Shown: piece by piece, positions 1-8,678 of the stretch | Numbering within the stretch: the stretch's first letter is position 1 | How the letters are laid out: each line of letters opens with the position of its first letter | Assembly (NCBI GenBank): GCA_045803545.1 | Contig: JBJMOW010000002.1 | Location: 416,001-480,000 of the forward strand | From: Gemmatimonadaceae bacterium | GTDB lineage: Bacteria > Gemmatimonadota > Gemmatimonadetes > Gemmatimonadales > Gemmatimonadaceae | Length of the DNA: 64,000 nt | Reading direction: 5' to 3' | Made by a program: the position numbers and the translations under genes | Notes under the pieces: model-generated | What the model was told of the DNA's origin: nothing | The model's input: only the letters and a program-made list of their open reading frames with translations | Database searches by the model: none

Positions 1-190
1 GTCGTCGGAGCTGATCGCGTCGGCTTTACACAACAATGGGCGTAGCACCGATTGGCAGGGCAGCCGAGCCGATCTGGCGCCGGCGCTTTGTGACTTCGTC
101 AGGGATGGCGATGTCGTTCTGACGATCGGTGCCGGTGACATCACGAAAACCGGCCCGGAGCTCAGGACCGCTCTCGAAGCCAAGCAATGA
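1..190 (+). CDS. murC: UDP-N-acetylmuramate--L-alanine ligase, C-terminal fragment (5' truncated by window edge)
   Basis: Frame starting at nt 2 reads ...[21 protein letters not shown]...KQ*. GDxVLTxGAGDI is the MurC C-terminal motif. Stop overlaps the ftsQ start (ATGA 187-190). Confidence 0.85.
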   Translation, partial: SSELIASALHNNGRSTDWQGSRADLAPALCDFVRDGDVVLTIGAGDITKTGPELRTALEAKQ

Positions 191-942
191 TTCCTCGCGA
201 ACGTCTTCACAAGCCAGGTTGGAAGATCCTTGGGGTTCTTCTCCTCGTCGCCATTATCATGGCCGCGGGCTATGGGGTGAGGGCGGCCGGTCGGGAGATG
301 GCATTCTTCCGCATTCGCAAAGTCGAGATTCGCGGCGCGCGGTATTTGTCCAGCAGCGAAATCATCTCCCGTCTCAAGGTTGACACGCTCGCCTCGCTTT
401 GGGATGACCTGGAGCCGTACCGCGAAAGGGTACGGCATCATCCGCAGGTCTCCGATGTCAAAGTTTCGCGTCGTTTGCCGGGCACACTGGTGGTCAGTAT
501 CAGAGAGAATCCACCAGTCGCATTGATGCAGACATCGACGGGACTCCTGCCGTACGACTCACTCGGCAAGCAGCTTCCAATCGATCCGGCACGGACGAGC
601 CTCGATCTTCCAATTGTTGCGACTGGCGATCCCGTTCTTCTTAAGCTCGTCGGGGCAATCCGTGCGGCCGAGCCGCAAGTGTTCGCGCGCATCGAGGAAG
701 TGAGACGAACAGGGCGAGATGAGATACTGCTAACGCTCTCCCGTTCTCTCGATTCCGCCGGGCGCGTGAACGAATCTCCGACTGCGGCATCGCGAGCGTT
801 GCACGTTCGCGTACCCGTAGGACTGTCAGTGGACCGGCTTGCCGATATCTTTCCCGTGGAAAGCGATCTCGCTCGCAGGCAGGTACACGTCGATGAGCTC
901 GATTTACGTTATCGCGATCAAGTGATCGCAAGGCTGCAATGA
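187..942 (+). CDS. ftsQ: Cell division protein FtsQ/DivIB
   Basis: N-terminal TM segment, POTRA-like [14 protein letters not shown]...[16 protein letters not shown]-terminal DLRYRDQVI; lies between murC and ftsA. Confidence 0.9.
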   Translation: MIPRERLHKPGWKILGVLLLVAIIMAAGYGVRAAGREMAFFRIRKVEIRGARYLSSSEIISRLKVDTLASLWDDLEPYRERVRHHPQVSDVKVSRRLPGTLVVSIRENPPVALMQTSTGLLPYDSLGKQLPIDPARTSLDLPIVATGDPVLLKLVGAIRAAEPQVFARIEEVRRTGRDEILLTLSRSLDSAGRVNESPTAASRALHVRVPVGLSVDRLADIFPVESDLARRQVHVDELDLRYRDQVIARLQ

Positions 943-2198
943 CTTCGGAACGCATTATCATCGCTGGTCTCGACATTGGATCGGCCAAGACTACTGCCGT
1001 GATCGGGCAGGCTGTTTCCGCTGATGCCAGGAGCGGGGCCTATCTGAGAATCCTTGGTGTCGGCCAGGCGCGCACCACCGGCCTTCGCAAAGGAATCGTC
1101 TCGGACATCGAAGAGACGACGCGGTCGATCAAGAAAGCGATCGAAGACGCGGAGCGAATGGCGGGCGTGAAGGTCGATTCGATCTACGTCGGCATCGCCG
1201 GCGAGCACGTGCGAGCGATGATCAGCAAGGGTATAGTCGCGGTGAACGGCGACGAAATCTCAAAGGGTGATGTCGATCGCGCGAACGATGTGGCGCGTGC
1301 CCAGCCAGTTCCGCAGGACAGAGAGCTGTTGCACGCGATACCGCAGGAATACAGCGTCGACAAGAATCAGGGCATTCGCGATCCGATCGGCATGATCGGC
1401 ACGCGCCTCGAGACGGAGATGTATCTGGTCACGATCGGTGCATCGCCGGCGATGAATCTGCGCAAAGCAGTCGAGCGCGCCGGCTATCAGATTCGCGAAT
1501 TGGTGCTCGAGCCACTCGCCAGCGCGATGAGCGTACTCACCGAAGACGAAAAGGAGCTCGGTGTCGCGCTAGTCGAGATGGGAGCGGGGACGACCGACAT
1601 TGCCGTGTTCCACGAAGGGAAGATCCGATATCTCGGCACCGTCAACTACGGCGGCAACAATGTCACGAGCGACATCGTGCAGGGCATTGGCGTCACGCAG
1701 GCGGATGCGGAGCGATTGAAGGAAAGATTCGGCTGCGCCTACGAGCCGCTGGTCGATCCGAACGAAGTCATTCAGCTGCCGAGCACGGTTGCGCAGGGCG
1801 AGCGTCACGTTCCGCGCGAAGTCCTGGCGCACATCATCCATCAGCGGATGGACGAGATATTCAACCTCGCGCTCAGCGAGATTCAGCGCGCCGGTTTCGC
1901 GCAGCGTTTGAACGGCGGAGTGGTGATCACCGGCGGCGCTGGTGCGATGCAGGGTGTTGGCGAGCTTGCAGCGGACGTGTTCGGTACCGGCGTGCGCATT
2001 GGCTTACCCGAGGAGAACCTCGGCGGTTTGAGCGATGCCGTGCAGGCACCACGCTTTTCAACTGTCGTGGGGTTGGCTCTGTACGGTGCGCATCGGACGG
2101 CGGGTGACTTCGGTCAGAACGGCAAACGCGCGCTCGCCGGTGTTGGCGTCGATCGCTTTACGAAGCGAATCAAGACGTGGCTCGAGGATTTCTTCTAA
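939..2198 (+). CDS. ftsA: Cell division protein FtsA
   Basis: Actin-fold motifs GLDIGSAK, EMGAGTTD, VITGGAG; C-terminal amphipathic helix RIKTWLEDFF. Confidence 0.97.
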   Translation: MTSERIIIAGLDIGSAKTTAVIGQAVSADARSGAYLRILGVGQARTTGLRKGIVSDIEETTRSIKKAIEDAERMAGVKVDSIYVGIAGEHVRAMISKGIVAVNGDEISKGDVDRANDVARAQPVPQDRELLHAIPQEYSVDKNQGIRDPIGMIGTRLETEMYLVTIGASPAMNLRKAVERAGYQIRELVLEPLASAMSVLTEDEKELGVALVEMGAGTTDIAVFHEGKIRYLGTVNYGGNNVTSDIVQGIGVTQADAERLKERFGCAYEPLVDPNEVIQLPSTVAQGERHVPREVLAHIIHQRMDEIFNLALSEIQRAGFAQRLNGGVVITGGAGAMQGVGELAADVFGTGVRIGLPEENLGGLSDAVQAPRFSTVVGLALYGAHRTAGDFGQNGKRALAGVGVDRFTKRIKTWLEDFF

Positions 2199-2199
2199 G

Positions 2200-2398
2200 A
2201 ACTGCGAACTTAGAAGCGAACTACCGCGCTATTAGCTGATAGCAGCTAGCTGATAGCTATTCGCTGCCTGCGACGGGACAGACCTCGGTCCCATTCCACC
2301 ACACAACTGGTTGTCGTCAGCGCAGTCGCGATCTGTCCCGTTGCAGGCAGCCATCAGCTAACAGCCTGCTGCTATCAGCTATCAGCGGGGTCGTTCGC
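2200..2398. repeat. Long imperfect inverted repeat (67-nt arms) with internal TAGCTGA-type heptamers; member of a dispersed repeat family
   Basis: Arms 2216-2282 and 2332-2398 are reverse complements at about 56/67 positions (hand count) with a 49-nt spacer. 2200-2280 also matches 27993-28072 on the minus strand. Confidence 0.9.
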
Positions 2399-2449
2399 GT
2401 TTCTGCATTTTCGCCCGAAGAAATCATAAAGCTGAAGGCGCCAAGAGAA

Positions 2450-2458
2450 TGTGGATAA
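2450..2458 (-). promoter_or_regulatory. DnaA box (TTATCCACA)
   Basis: + strand TGTGGATAA is a perfect reverse-complement DnaA box, in the ftsA-ftsZ intergenic region. Confidence 0.6.
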
Positions 2459-2549
2459 CTCACTTGACACCCGTTGTACTTTTTTTCGCCCCTGCTCGTC
2501 TTTGCCTATGGTACGAATCGACTAACGGGCTTATGTTAGCCCGAGATTT

Positions 2550-2558
2550 TTTTCCACA
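2550..2558 (+). promoter_or_regulatory. DnaA box (TTTTCCACA, fits TTWTNCACA)
   Basis: Consensus match ending 30 nt before the ftsZ ATG, opposite in orientation to the box at 2450. Confidence 0.45.
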
Positions 2559-2588
2559 TACCCCGTTCGTCACGGAGTTTCCGACGCG

Positions 2589-3797
2589 ATGATTTTTGAA
2601 TTCGAGGAGAACACCTCGCAAGCCGCCAGAATGAAGGTGATTGGCGTTGGTGGGGGAGGTGGAAATGCCGTCAATCGGATGATCGAAGAGCACCTCGAAG
2701 GGGTCGAATTCATCTCCGTCAATACCGACGCACAGGCCCTCCTGAATTCGAAGTCAGATGTCAAAATTCAGATAGGTAAGAAGCTAACTCGCGGCTTGGG
2801 AGCTGGTGCGCGTCCCGAAATTGGCCGCCAGGCGATCGACGAAAGCAGGGAAGAAGTTGCTCGCGCGATGCACAACGCCGACCTCGTGTTTGTCACCTGC
2901 GGAATGGGCGGTGGAACAGGCACTGGTGCAGCACCTGTCCTCTGTGAGCTTGCCAGAGAGGCTGGGGCGCTGACCGTCGGCATCGTCACCAAGCCGTTCC
3001 TGTTTGAAGGCCGCAAGCGTATGCGCCAGGCCGAGCTCGGCATCGCTGAGATGCGGAAGAACGTCGACACGATGATCGTGGTACCGAACGAGAGACTGCT
3101 TGCCGTCGTCGGCAAAGGCATCCCGTTCCAGGACGCGCTCAAGAAAGCCGACGAAGTGCTGCTTCATGCCACTCAGGGAATCAGCTCGCTGATCAGCGTT
3201 ACGGGCCTTGTAAACGTCGACTTCGCCGACGTCCGCACCGTCATGCAGGAAGGTGGCTCGGCGCTGATGGGCACCGGCATTGGCCGCGGTGAGAACCGCG
3301 CCATTGAAGCCGCCCAGCAGGCGATTGCCAGCCCGCTGCTCGACAACGTGTCGATCTCCGGCGCTACCGGCGTTCTGGTCAACATCACCGGCGGGGCTGA
3401 CCTCACCCTGGGTGAAGTCCACCAGATCAACGAGATCATCCACGACGCAGTCGGGGAAGAAGCCGAGATCATCTTTGGCGCGGTCCACGAGCCTGCGATG
3501 CAGGGTGAGATCAGAGTCACCGTCATCGCGACGGGATTCGATCGGGCGCCCAGCCAGACGTCGGTTCCGGCCGCCCAGCCGGTTGCGACGCAGTCGCCGA
3601 TCTTGCGCGGCGCACCGGTGATTCCGCTCCGCCCGCCGCGTGCAAATGGGGTCACCAGACCACCCCTCGAACTGCCTCCAAGACGGAACACACCGACGAG
3701 TAATCCGCTGGTGACGCCAGAGCGAGATCGATCGTCTCCCGAGCAGGATCTCAGCGATATGGAGATACCGACATTTATTCGGAGACAGATGGATTGA
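2589..3797 (+). CDS. ftsZ: Cell division GTPase FtsZ
   Basis: [10 protein letters not shown], tubulin signature [16 protein letters not shown]-terminal peptide [13 protein letters not shown]. Confidence 0.99.
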   Translation: MIFEFEENTSQAARMKVIGVGGGGGNAVNRMIEEHLEGVEFISVNTDAQALLNSKSDVKIQIGKKLTRGLGAGARPEIGRQAIDESREEVARAMHNADLVFVTCGMGGGTGTGAAPVLCELAREAGALTVGIVTKPFLFEGRKRMRQAELGIAEMRKNVDTMIVVPNERLLAVVGKGIPFQDALKKADEVLLHATQGISSLISVTGLVNVDFADVRTVMQEGGSALMGTGIGRGENRAIEAAQQAIASPLLDNVSISGATGVLVNITGGADLTLGEVHQINEIIHDAVGEEAEIIFGAVHEPAMQGEIRVTVIATGFDRAPSQTSVPAAQPVATQSPILRGAPVIPLRPPRANGVTRPPLELPPRRNTPTSNPLVTPERDRSSPEQDLSDMEIPTFIRRQMD

Positions 3798-4834
3798 AGC
3801 ACGCAACTGTACGACCGGTTAGTTACCTCGTCGTGGCGACCCTCGCAGCGGTCGCCATTTGGTTTACGCCCCAGCTGGAAAAGAAGCAGGTCTTCGCAAT
3901 GGAGCCGGTCGTTGTCTCCCGACCCGGCCTTGAACCCGCCGATTTCCTGTTGTCGCCTCTCGTCATCGAAGCCTCCAATCAGGAGCTCGTCGACACTCTC
4001 GCGATCGGTGGCGTCATCACCTCGAGTCTCTACAACGCTCTGAACGTCAGCGGTGCTGGCGTGCTTCCGCCGTCGGCTCGCCACCAGCTCGCCTGGTCGC
4101 TCGCCGACATCTTCGAATACAAAGTGGACATGAGCCGTGATCTCCACGACGGCGACAAGTTCCACCTGCTTGTCGAGCGTCTGCAGAAGCCAAACGGCGC
4201 GATCATCGTTAACAAAATCCTCGGGGCGAAGCTGGCTCTTTCAAACAGCCAGAATCCGATCGAGGCGATCAACTTCGACACCAAGGGTTCCAGCAGCGCC
4301 CAGTATTACGACGCGAGCGGCATGTCGCTTCGCGCCGCGTTCCTGCGTGCCCCAGTCGCTTTCCGCCGCATCAGCAGCGTGTTTGGCGCCCGCAAGCACC
4401 CGATCTTTGGTGAGTGGCGCAACCATACCGGTACCGACTACGCCGCGGCTGAAGGAACGCCGGTGCGCGCGATCGGTGACGGCGTCGTGATCTTTGCCGG
4501 CAGGAAGGGCGGCTATGGCAACATGATTGACATTCGGCACCGCAACGGCATGGTGAGCCGCTATGGCCATATGCGCGGCTTCGCGACCGGCATCAGGCCG
4601 GGCTCACACGTGGCAATGGGTTCGACGATCGGTTACGTCGGCATGACCGGTTGGGCGACTGGCCCGCATCTCCATTTCGAGATTCGCGTTGATGGTGTCG
4701 CAAAGAATCCGCGCCTGGCGCTGGAGAGCAGAAGCGGCGAGCCGATTCCAGCAGGTGAGCGCGCGCTGTTCCAGCGGATGCGGCAACAGACCTTGGCGAG
4801 CCTGAGTCAGGCGCATCTGGCCAACGCCGAGTAA
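3794..4834 (+). CDS. M23 family peptidoglycan DD-metalloendopeptidase (MepM-like)
   Basis: N-terminal TM; zinc motifs HTGTDY (HxxxD) and GPHLHFE (HxH); TTG start overlaps the ftsZ stop (TTGA). Confidence 0.9.
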   Translation: MKHATVRPVSYLVVATLAAVAIWFTPQLEKKQVFAMEPVVVSRPGLEPADFLLSPLVIEASNQELVDTLAIGGVITSSLYNALNVSGAGVLPPSARHQLAWSLADIFEYKVDMSRDLHDGDKFHLLVERLQKPNGAIIVNKILGAKLALSNSQNPIEAINFDTKGSSSAQYYDASGMSLRAAFLRAPVAFRRISSVFGARKHPIFGEWRNHTGTDYAAAEGTPVRAIGDGVVIFAGRKGGYGNMIDIRHRNGMVSRYGHMRGFATGIRPGSHVAMGSTIGYVGMTGWATGPHLHFEIRVDGVAKNPRLALESRSGEPIPAGERALFQRMRQQTLASLSQAHLANAE

Positions 4835-4864
4835 CGCCGCGACAGTCGCGCAGGATTTATCTTC

Positions 4865-4895
4865 AACCCGGACCCCGAGTCCGGGTTTTTCTTTT
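4865..4895 (+). terminator. Intrinsic terminator after the ftsZ-M23 genes
   Basis: AACCCGGAC-cccga-GTCCGGGTT followed by TTTCTTTT. Confidence 0.8.
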
Positions 4896-4902
4896 ACGGC
4901 AT

Positions 4903-5027
4903 TGCGGACAACTGCAAAAGAAGGGATGCGGGTTGCCGGTTTTTGGTTACGGGTTGTCGGTAGCTGAACCCAAAACCCGCAACCATCAACAGGGAACCCG
5001 CATCGCGTTCAGTTGCATTTGTCCGCA
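4903..5027. repeat. ~125-nt imperfect palindrome with GGTT/AACC heptamer periodicity, upstream of ftsY
   Basis: Arms 4903-4955 and 4974-5027 pair at about 44/54 positions. Left arm contains CGGGTTG CCGGTTT TTGGTTA CGGGTTG TCGGTAG. Confidence 0.85.
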
Positions 5028-5043
5028 GTCCTTAACCGAAGCC

Positions 5044-5979
5044 ATGGCAAATCGAATCCTGCGCCGCGCAGGCGACGTACCGTCGCGGTCGTTGTGGAAG
5101 AAAATAAAAGACGTTGCCCTGATGGATGTCGCCGCGATCGCGCGTGCCGGCACAATTCAGGGTTCGTTGGAGAGGCTGGAGGAGCTGCTGCTCGAGGCTG
5201 ACTTCGGCGTTGCAACGACAATGCGACTCGTCGCCGAGATCGAAGGTCAGGCCAAACGCGGATTCATCAAGACCCAGGACCAGTTTCTCGAGTCGCTGCA
5301 GAAGGGAATCGAGAACTCGTTGCGCTCGGGCAACAGCGACCCGGCATTGTCGGTAGCTTCGAGCAATCCCACCGTGATCCTGGTCGTGGGCATCAACGGG
5401 GCGGGCAAGACAACCTTCATCGGCAAGCTATCCGACTTTCTGAGAACGAATAAGATGTCGGTGCTGGTCGGGGCAGCGGATACCTTCAGAGCCGGCGCAA
5501 TCGACCAGCTACGGGCGTGGGCGCAGCGCACCGGCGCAGACTTCGTCGGCGGCGCACCAGGGTCGGACCCGGCAGCAGTCGCCTTCGACGCTGTCGACGC
5601 TGGTATAACCCGAAACAAGAACGTCGTGATTGTCGACACTGCCGGCAGATTACATACGAGCGGCTCCCTGATGGAAGAGATGAAGAAAATCAATCGTGTG
5701 ATTGGGAAACGACTCGTCGGCGCGCCGCACGAAACCCTTCTCGTCCTCGACGGCACCATTGGACAGAACGCCGTCGCACAAGCGAAGACATTTGCCGAAG
5801 CGATCCCGATCACGGGACTCGTCGTCACCAAGATCGATGGCACCGCCAAAGGCGGTATCGTCCTCGCTGTCCACGATGCGCTGAACATTCCGGTAAAGTT
5901 CATCGGGATTGGCGAAAAGGCGACCGATCTCGAGTCGTTTGATGCAAAGGTCTTCGCCCAAGAGGTGCTCGAAGGATAG
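5044..5979 (+). CDS. ftsY: Signal recognition particle receptor FtsY
   Basis: GINGAGKTT, DTFRAGA, DTAGR, TKIDGTAKGG. ATG 5044 (MANRIL) preferred because the ORF-track extension runs through the palindrome. Confidence 0.96.
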   Translation: MANRILRRAGDVPSRSLWKKIKDVALMDVAAIARAGTIQGSLERLEELLLEADFGVATTMRLVAEIEGQAKRGFIKTQDQFLESLQKGIENSLRSGNSDPALSVASSNPTVILVVGINGAGKTTFIGKLSDFLRTNKMSVLVGAADTFRAGAIDQLRAWAQRTGADFVGGAPGSDPAAVAFDAVDAGITRNKNVVIVDTAGRLHTSGSLMEEMKKINRVIGKRLVGAPHETLLVLDGTIGQNAVAQAKTFAEAIPITGLVVTKIDGTAKGGIVLAVHDALNIPVKFIGIGEKATDLESFDAKVFAQEVLEG

Positions 5980-8073
5980 ATGACGGCCGGCACCGAGCCG
6001 CGCCGCGGCAAAGTGTACCTCGACATGCCCGTCAATTATCTGAAGGGCGTCGGGCCGGCGCGAGCTGAATCACTCCGCCGCCTCGGCATCATCACCGCGC
6101 GCGATCTGCTGTACCACATTCCGCACCGCTACGAGGATGCGAGCACCATCGCTCCTATCGCTTCGCTCGAACCAGGAATGGATGGAACGATCATCGGCAA
6201 GGTGATCTCAAAGGGAATCATCCCGACGCGCAAAGGTTTGAGGATCTTTCAGGCGGTCCTGCAGGACGACAGCGGGATGATCGAGGCGTCGTGGCCGGGC
6301 CAGCCGTTCCTCGATCGCAGCATCGAGAAGGGCGACATCATGCTTCTGACCGGATCCGTCCGTTTTTTTCACGGGCGCCAGTTGCAACCCCGTGAATTCA
6401 TCCAGCTCGGTCGGGATGAAGACGACATCAAAAGCGGTAAGGTCCTCGCGGTTTATCCAGCCACCGAGGGCCTCTCATTCAAGGTCATCCGCGGCATCAT
6501 CGACGCGCATCTAGCTTCGCTGCTGCCGCTGGTGACAGAGTATCTGCCCGCGGCACTGCTGCGTGACGTGGGCGTCCCGCCACTGCGTGAAGCGATTCGA
6601 ATGGTGCACCGCCCCGAAACGATTGCCGAAGGCACACTGGGCAGGGGCCGACTGTCTTTCGAAGAGCTTCTCTTCGTTCACATGCTGCATCGCCGAGCAA
6701 ATGCACTCAAGCGTCAGCGGCGCACGGGAATCTCATTCGAGAATCGACGTCAACTCACCACCGGACTGAAGAAGAATCTTCCTTTCGCGCTAACCAATGC
6801 GCAGACCAATGCGTTGCGCGAGATCGTTGTAGACATGGTGAGCGACCGGAAAATGCATCGCCTGCTTCAGGGCGACGTCGGAAGCGGCAAGACAATCGTC
6901 GCAGTCTTCGCCGCGCTGCTGGCGATGGAGAATGGTTACCAGGCGGCGATCATGGCTCCGACCGAGCTACTCGCCGAGCAACACATGCGCACGCTCACCA
7001 GACTGCTGCAGCCGCTCGAGATTGAGCCGATCCTGGTCACTGGCAGCATGAACAGTCGCGCTCGCAAGGAAGCCGCTGAGAAAATGGCACTCACCGAGCC
7101 TTTGCTGGTCGTCGGCACTCACGCCCTGATTCAGGGGGGAGCGACCTTCGGCCGGCTCGGCTTCGTCACCATCGACGAGCAGCATCGATTTGGTGTCGAG
7201 CAGCGCGCAGCGATCTCGGCCAAAGGGGAATCACCCGACGTTCTACTCATGAGCGCGACCCCGATTCCGCGATCGCTGGCGCTGACCATTTATGGCGACC
7301 TCGACGTCAGCACGCTCGATGAACGCCCTGCCGGTCGCCAACCGGTGACAACGGTGATGCGTCCCGAATCAGCGCGAGATCGAGTACTCGAATTCGTCGC
7401 CAGCGAGACCGAGAAGGGCAGGCAGGCCTACATCGTGTACCCGGTCATCGAGGAGTCAGAGAAAACGGATCTCAAGGCGGCGACCACGATGTACGAGCAG
7501 CTCTCCGCGGGTCCATTTGCCGGCCGTGTCGTGGCGCTCATTCACGGCCGCATCCCCGCCGACGAGCGCGAGACAATTATGCGCGCGTTTCGAGACGGCA
7601 AGATTGACATCCTCGTCTCAACGACTGTCATCGAGGTGGGTATCGACGTTGCGAATGCGACGGTGATGCTGGTCGAACATCCCGAACGGTTCGGTCTGTC
7701 GCAGCTGCATCAGCTGCGCGGGCGCGTCGGGCGAGGCGCCGAGGCGTCGTACTGCATACTGCTCGGGGACGTTGGTGAAGAGGCTTACCAGCGCTTGCGG
7801 ATCTTCGTCGACACCGACGACGGCTTTGAGATTGCGCGCGCCGATCTGAGACTTCGCGGCATGGGGAATCTCTTCGGGCAGGAGCAGAGTGGTGAAGCCA
7901 CTTTCAAGATCGCCGACCCAGTGCGCGACGAGGAGCTCAATATCAAAGCGCGCGCCGCCGCCGAGCAACTGCTGGACAAAGATCCGGAGCTGACGTCAAA
8001 GGAAAACGCCGGTATCCGGAAAGTGCTGAGCGCGCGGTATGCTCGCGCGCTCGATTTGTTCAGGGTGGGGTGA
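5980..8073 (+). CDS. recG: ATP-dependent DNA helicase RecG
   Basis: LKGVGP wedge start, QGDVGSGKT, DEQH, MSATPIPR, QLHQLRGRVGRG. Confidence 0.98.
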   Translation: MTAGTEPRRGKVYLDMPVNYLKGVGPARAESLRRLGIITARDLLYHIPHRYEDASTIAPIASLEPGMDGTIIGKVISKGIIPTRKGLRIFQAVLQDDSGMIEASWPGQPFLDRSIEKGDIMLLTGSVRFFHGRQLQPREFIQLGRDEDDIKSGKVLAVYPATEGLSFKVIRGIIDAHLASLLPLVTEYLPAALLRDVGVPPLREAIRMVHRPETIAEGTLGRGRLSFEELLFVHMLHRRANALKRQRRTGISFENRRQLTTGLKKNLPFALTNAQTNALREIVVDMVSDRKMHRLLQGDVGSGKTIVAVFAALLAMENGYQAAIMAPTELLAEQHMRTLTRLLQPLEIEPILVTGSMNSRARKEAAEKMALTEPLLVVGTHALIQGGATFGRLGFVTIDEQHRFGVEQRAAISAKGESPDVLLMSATPIPRSLALTIYGDLDVSTLDERPAGRQPVTTVMRPESARDRVLEFVASETEKGRQAYIVYPVIEESEKTDLKAATTMYEQLSAGPFAGRVVALIHGRIPADERETIMRAFRDGKIDILVSTTVIEVGIDVANATVMLVEHPERFGLSQLHQLRGRVGRGAEASYCILLGDVGEEAYQRLRIFVDTDDGFEIARADLRLRGMGNLFGQEQSGEATFKIADPVRDEELNIKARAAAEQLLDKDPELTSKENAGIRKVLSARYARALDLFRVG

Positions 8074-8075
8074 GA

Positions 8076-8103
8076 GCGGGAGGCGGGAGGCGGGAAGCGG
8101 GAA
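8076..8103 (+). repeat. Four tandem GCGGGAR heptamers
   Basis: GCGGGAG GCGGGAG GCGGGAA GCGGGAA directly after the recG stop, between convergent genes. Confidence 0.85.
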
Positions 8104-8108
8104 ACAGT

Positions 8109-8678
8109 TTAGCCGTTCGGGTTGGCTAGCCGTTTCTTGATTCGTTCCAGTTCCGCGCTCACCTTCGCCAGTTCGTCCTTGCTCTTCGCGAGCTGTTCCT
8201 TGAGGCTCGCTATTTCCTCGTCGCGGGATTTGCTGACGACGACCACGGTGTCTTTCGTTGCCGTGCCGGCGGGAACGCTGTCGACGGCAACACGCAGCGT
8301 ATTGTTCACGCTTTGAGCTACCGCTGCGGTGCGACGCAGCAAGGTCGCTTCGTCCCGGTACATCCCGTTCGGATTTGACGCCAGATAGGCGTCGAGTTGA
8401 GTGATTCCATCGCCAAGAGAGCCGCGCTCATTGGCGGGGTCTACGGTGTATGCCGCTTTCCAGAAAGCGGTCTCATTGGCCTCGGTCGTTCCCGGATGGG
8501 TGCGCACATACTCGTCAAGGAGCTTGTCGGCCGCGTAATAGTTATGACCGTCAACGTTTTGACGGGCGTTATACAACGTTTTGTCCCAGTCGCTTGGTTG
8601 CGGCTTGGTGACGTTCTGCAGAGTAGCGCAACCCGCGAACACCGTTGCGACGACCACGGTTGGCAGAAATCTGTTCAT
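8109..8678 (-). CDS. Hypothetical lipoprotein with helical-repeat region and C-terminal coiled coil
   Basis: Lipobox FAGC; C-terminal heptad-rich EIASLKEQLAKSKDELAKVSAELERIKKRL; start overlaps the kinase stop. Confidence 0.75.
   Translation of the reverse strand: MNRFLPTVVVATVFAGCATLQNVTKPQPSDWDKTLYNARQNVDGHNYYAADKLLDEYVRTHPGTTEANETAFWKAAYTVDPANERGSLGDGITQLDAYLASNPNGMYRDEATLLRRTAAVAQSVNNTLRVAVDSVPAGTATKDTVVVVSKSRDEEIASLKEQLAKSKDELAKVSAELERIKKRLANPNG

Noticed and set aside
2200..2398. CRISPR array or tRNA remnant (CCACCA in the loop)
   Set aside because: Repeats are inverted rather than direct and regularly spaced; no T-loop GTTC motif or cloverleaf; no cas genes.
2784..4165. Long antisense ORFs (340 and 330 aa) opposite ftsZ/M23, and similar ones opposite ftsY, argS, ribBA, ptsI, selB and clpB
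   Set aside because: Shadow ORFs expected from high-GC codon bias opposite conserved genes; no recognisable motifs.
4903..5027. SRP (4.5S) RNA or 6S RNA next to ftsY
   Set aside because: No SRP helix-8 motif (CAGG...GGAA...AGCAG) on either strand and no large central bubble; the heptamer periodicity fits a repeat element better.
4933..5043. N-terminal extension of FtsY in the ORF track
   Set aside because: Runs through the palindromic element and is not FtsY-like; ATG 5044 preferred.
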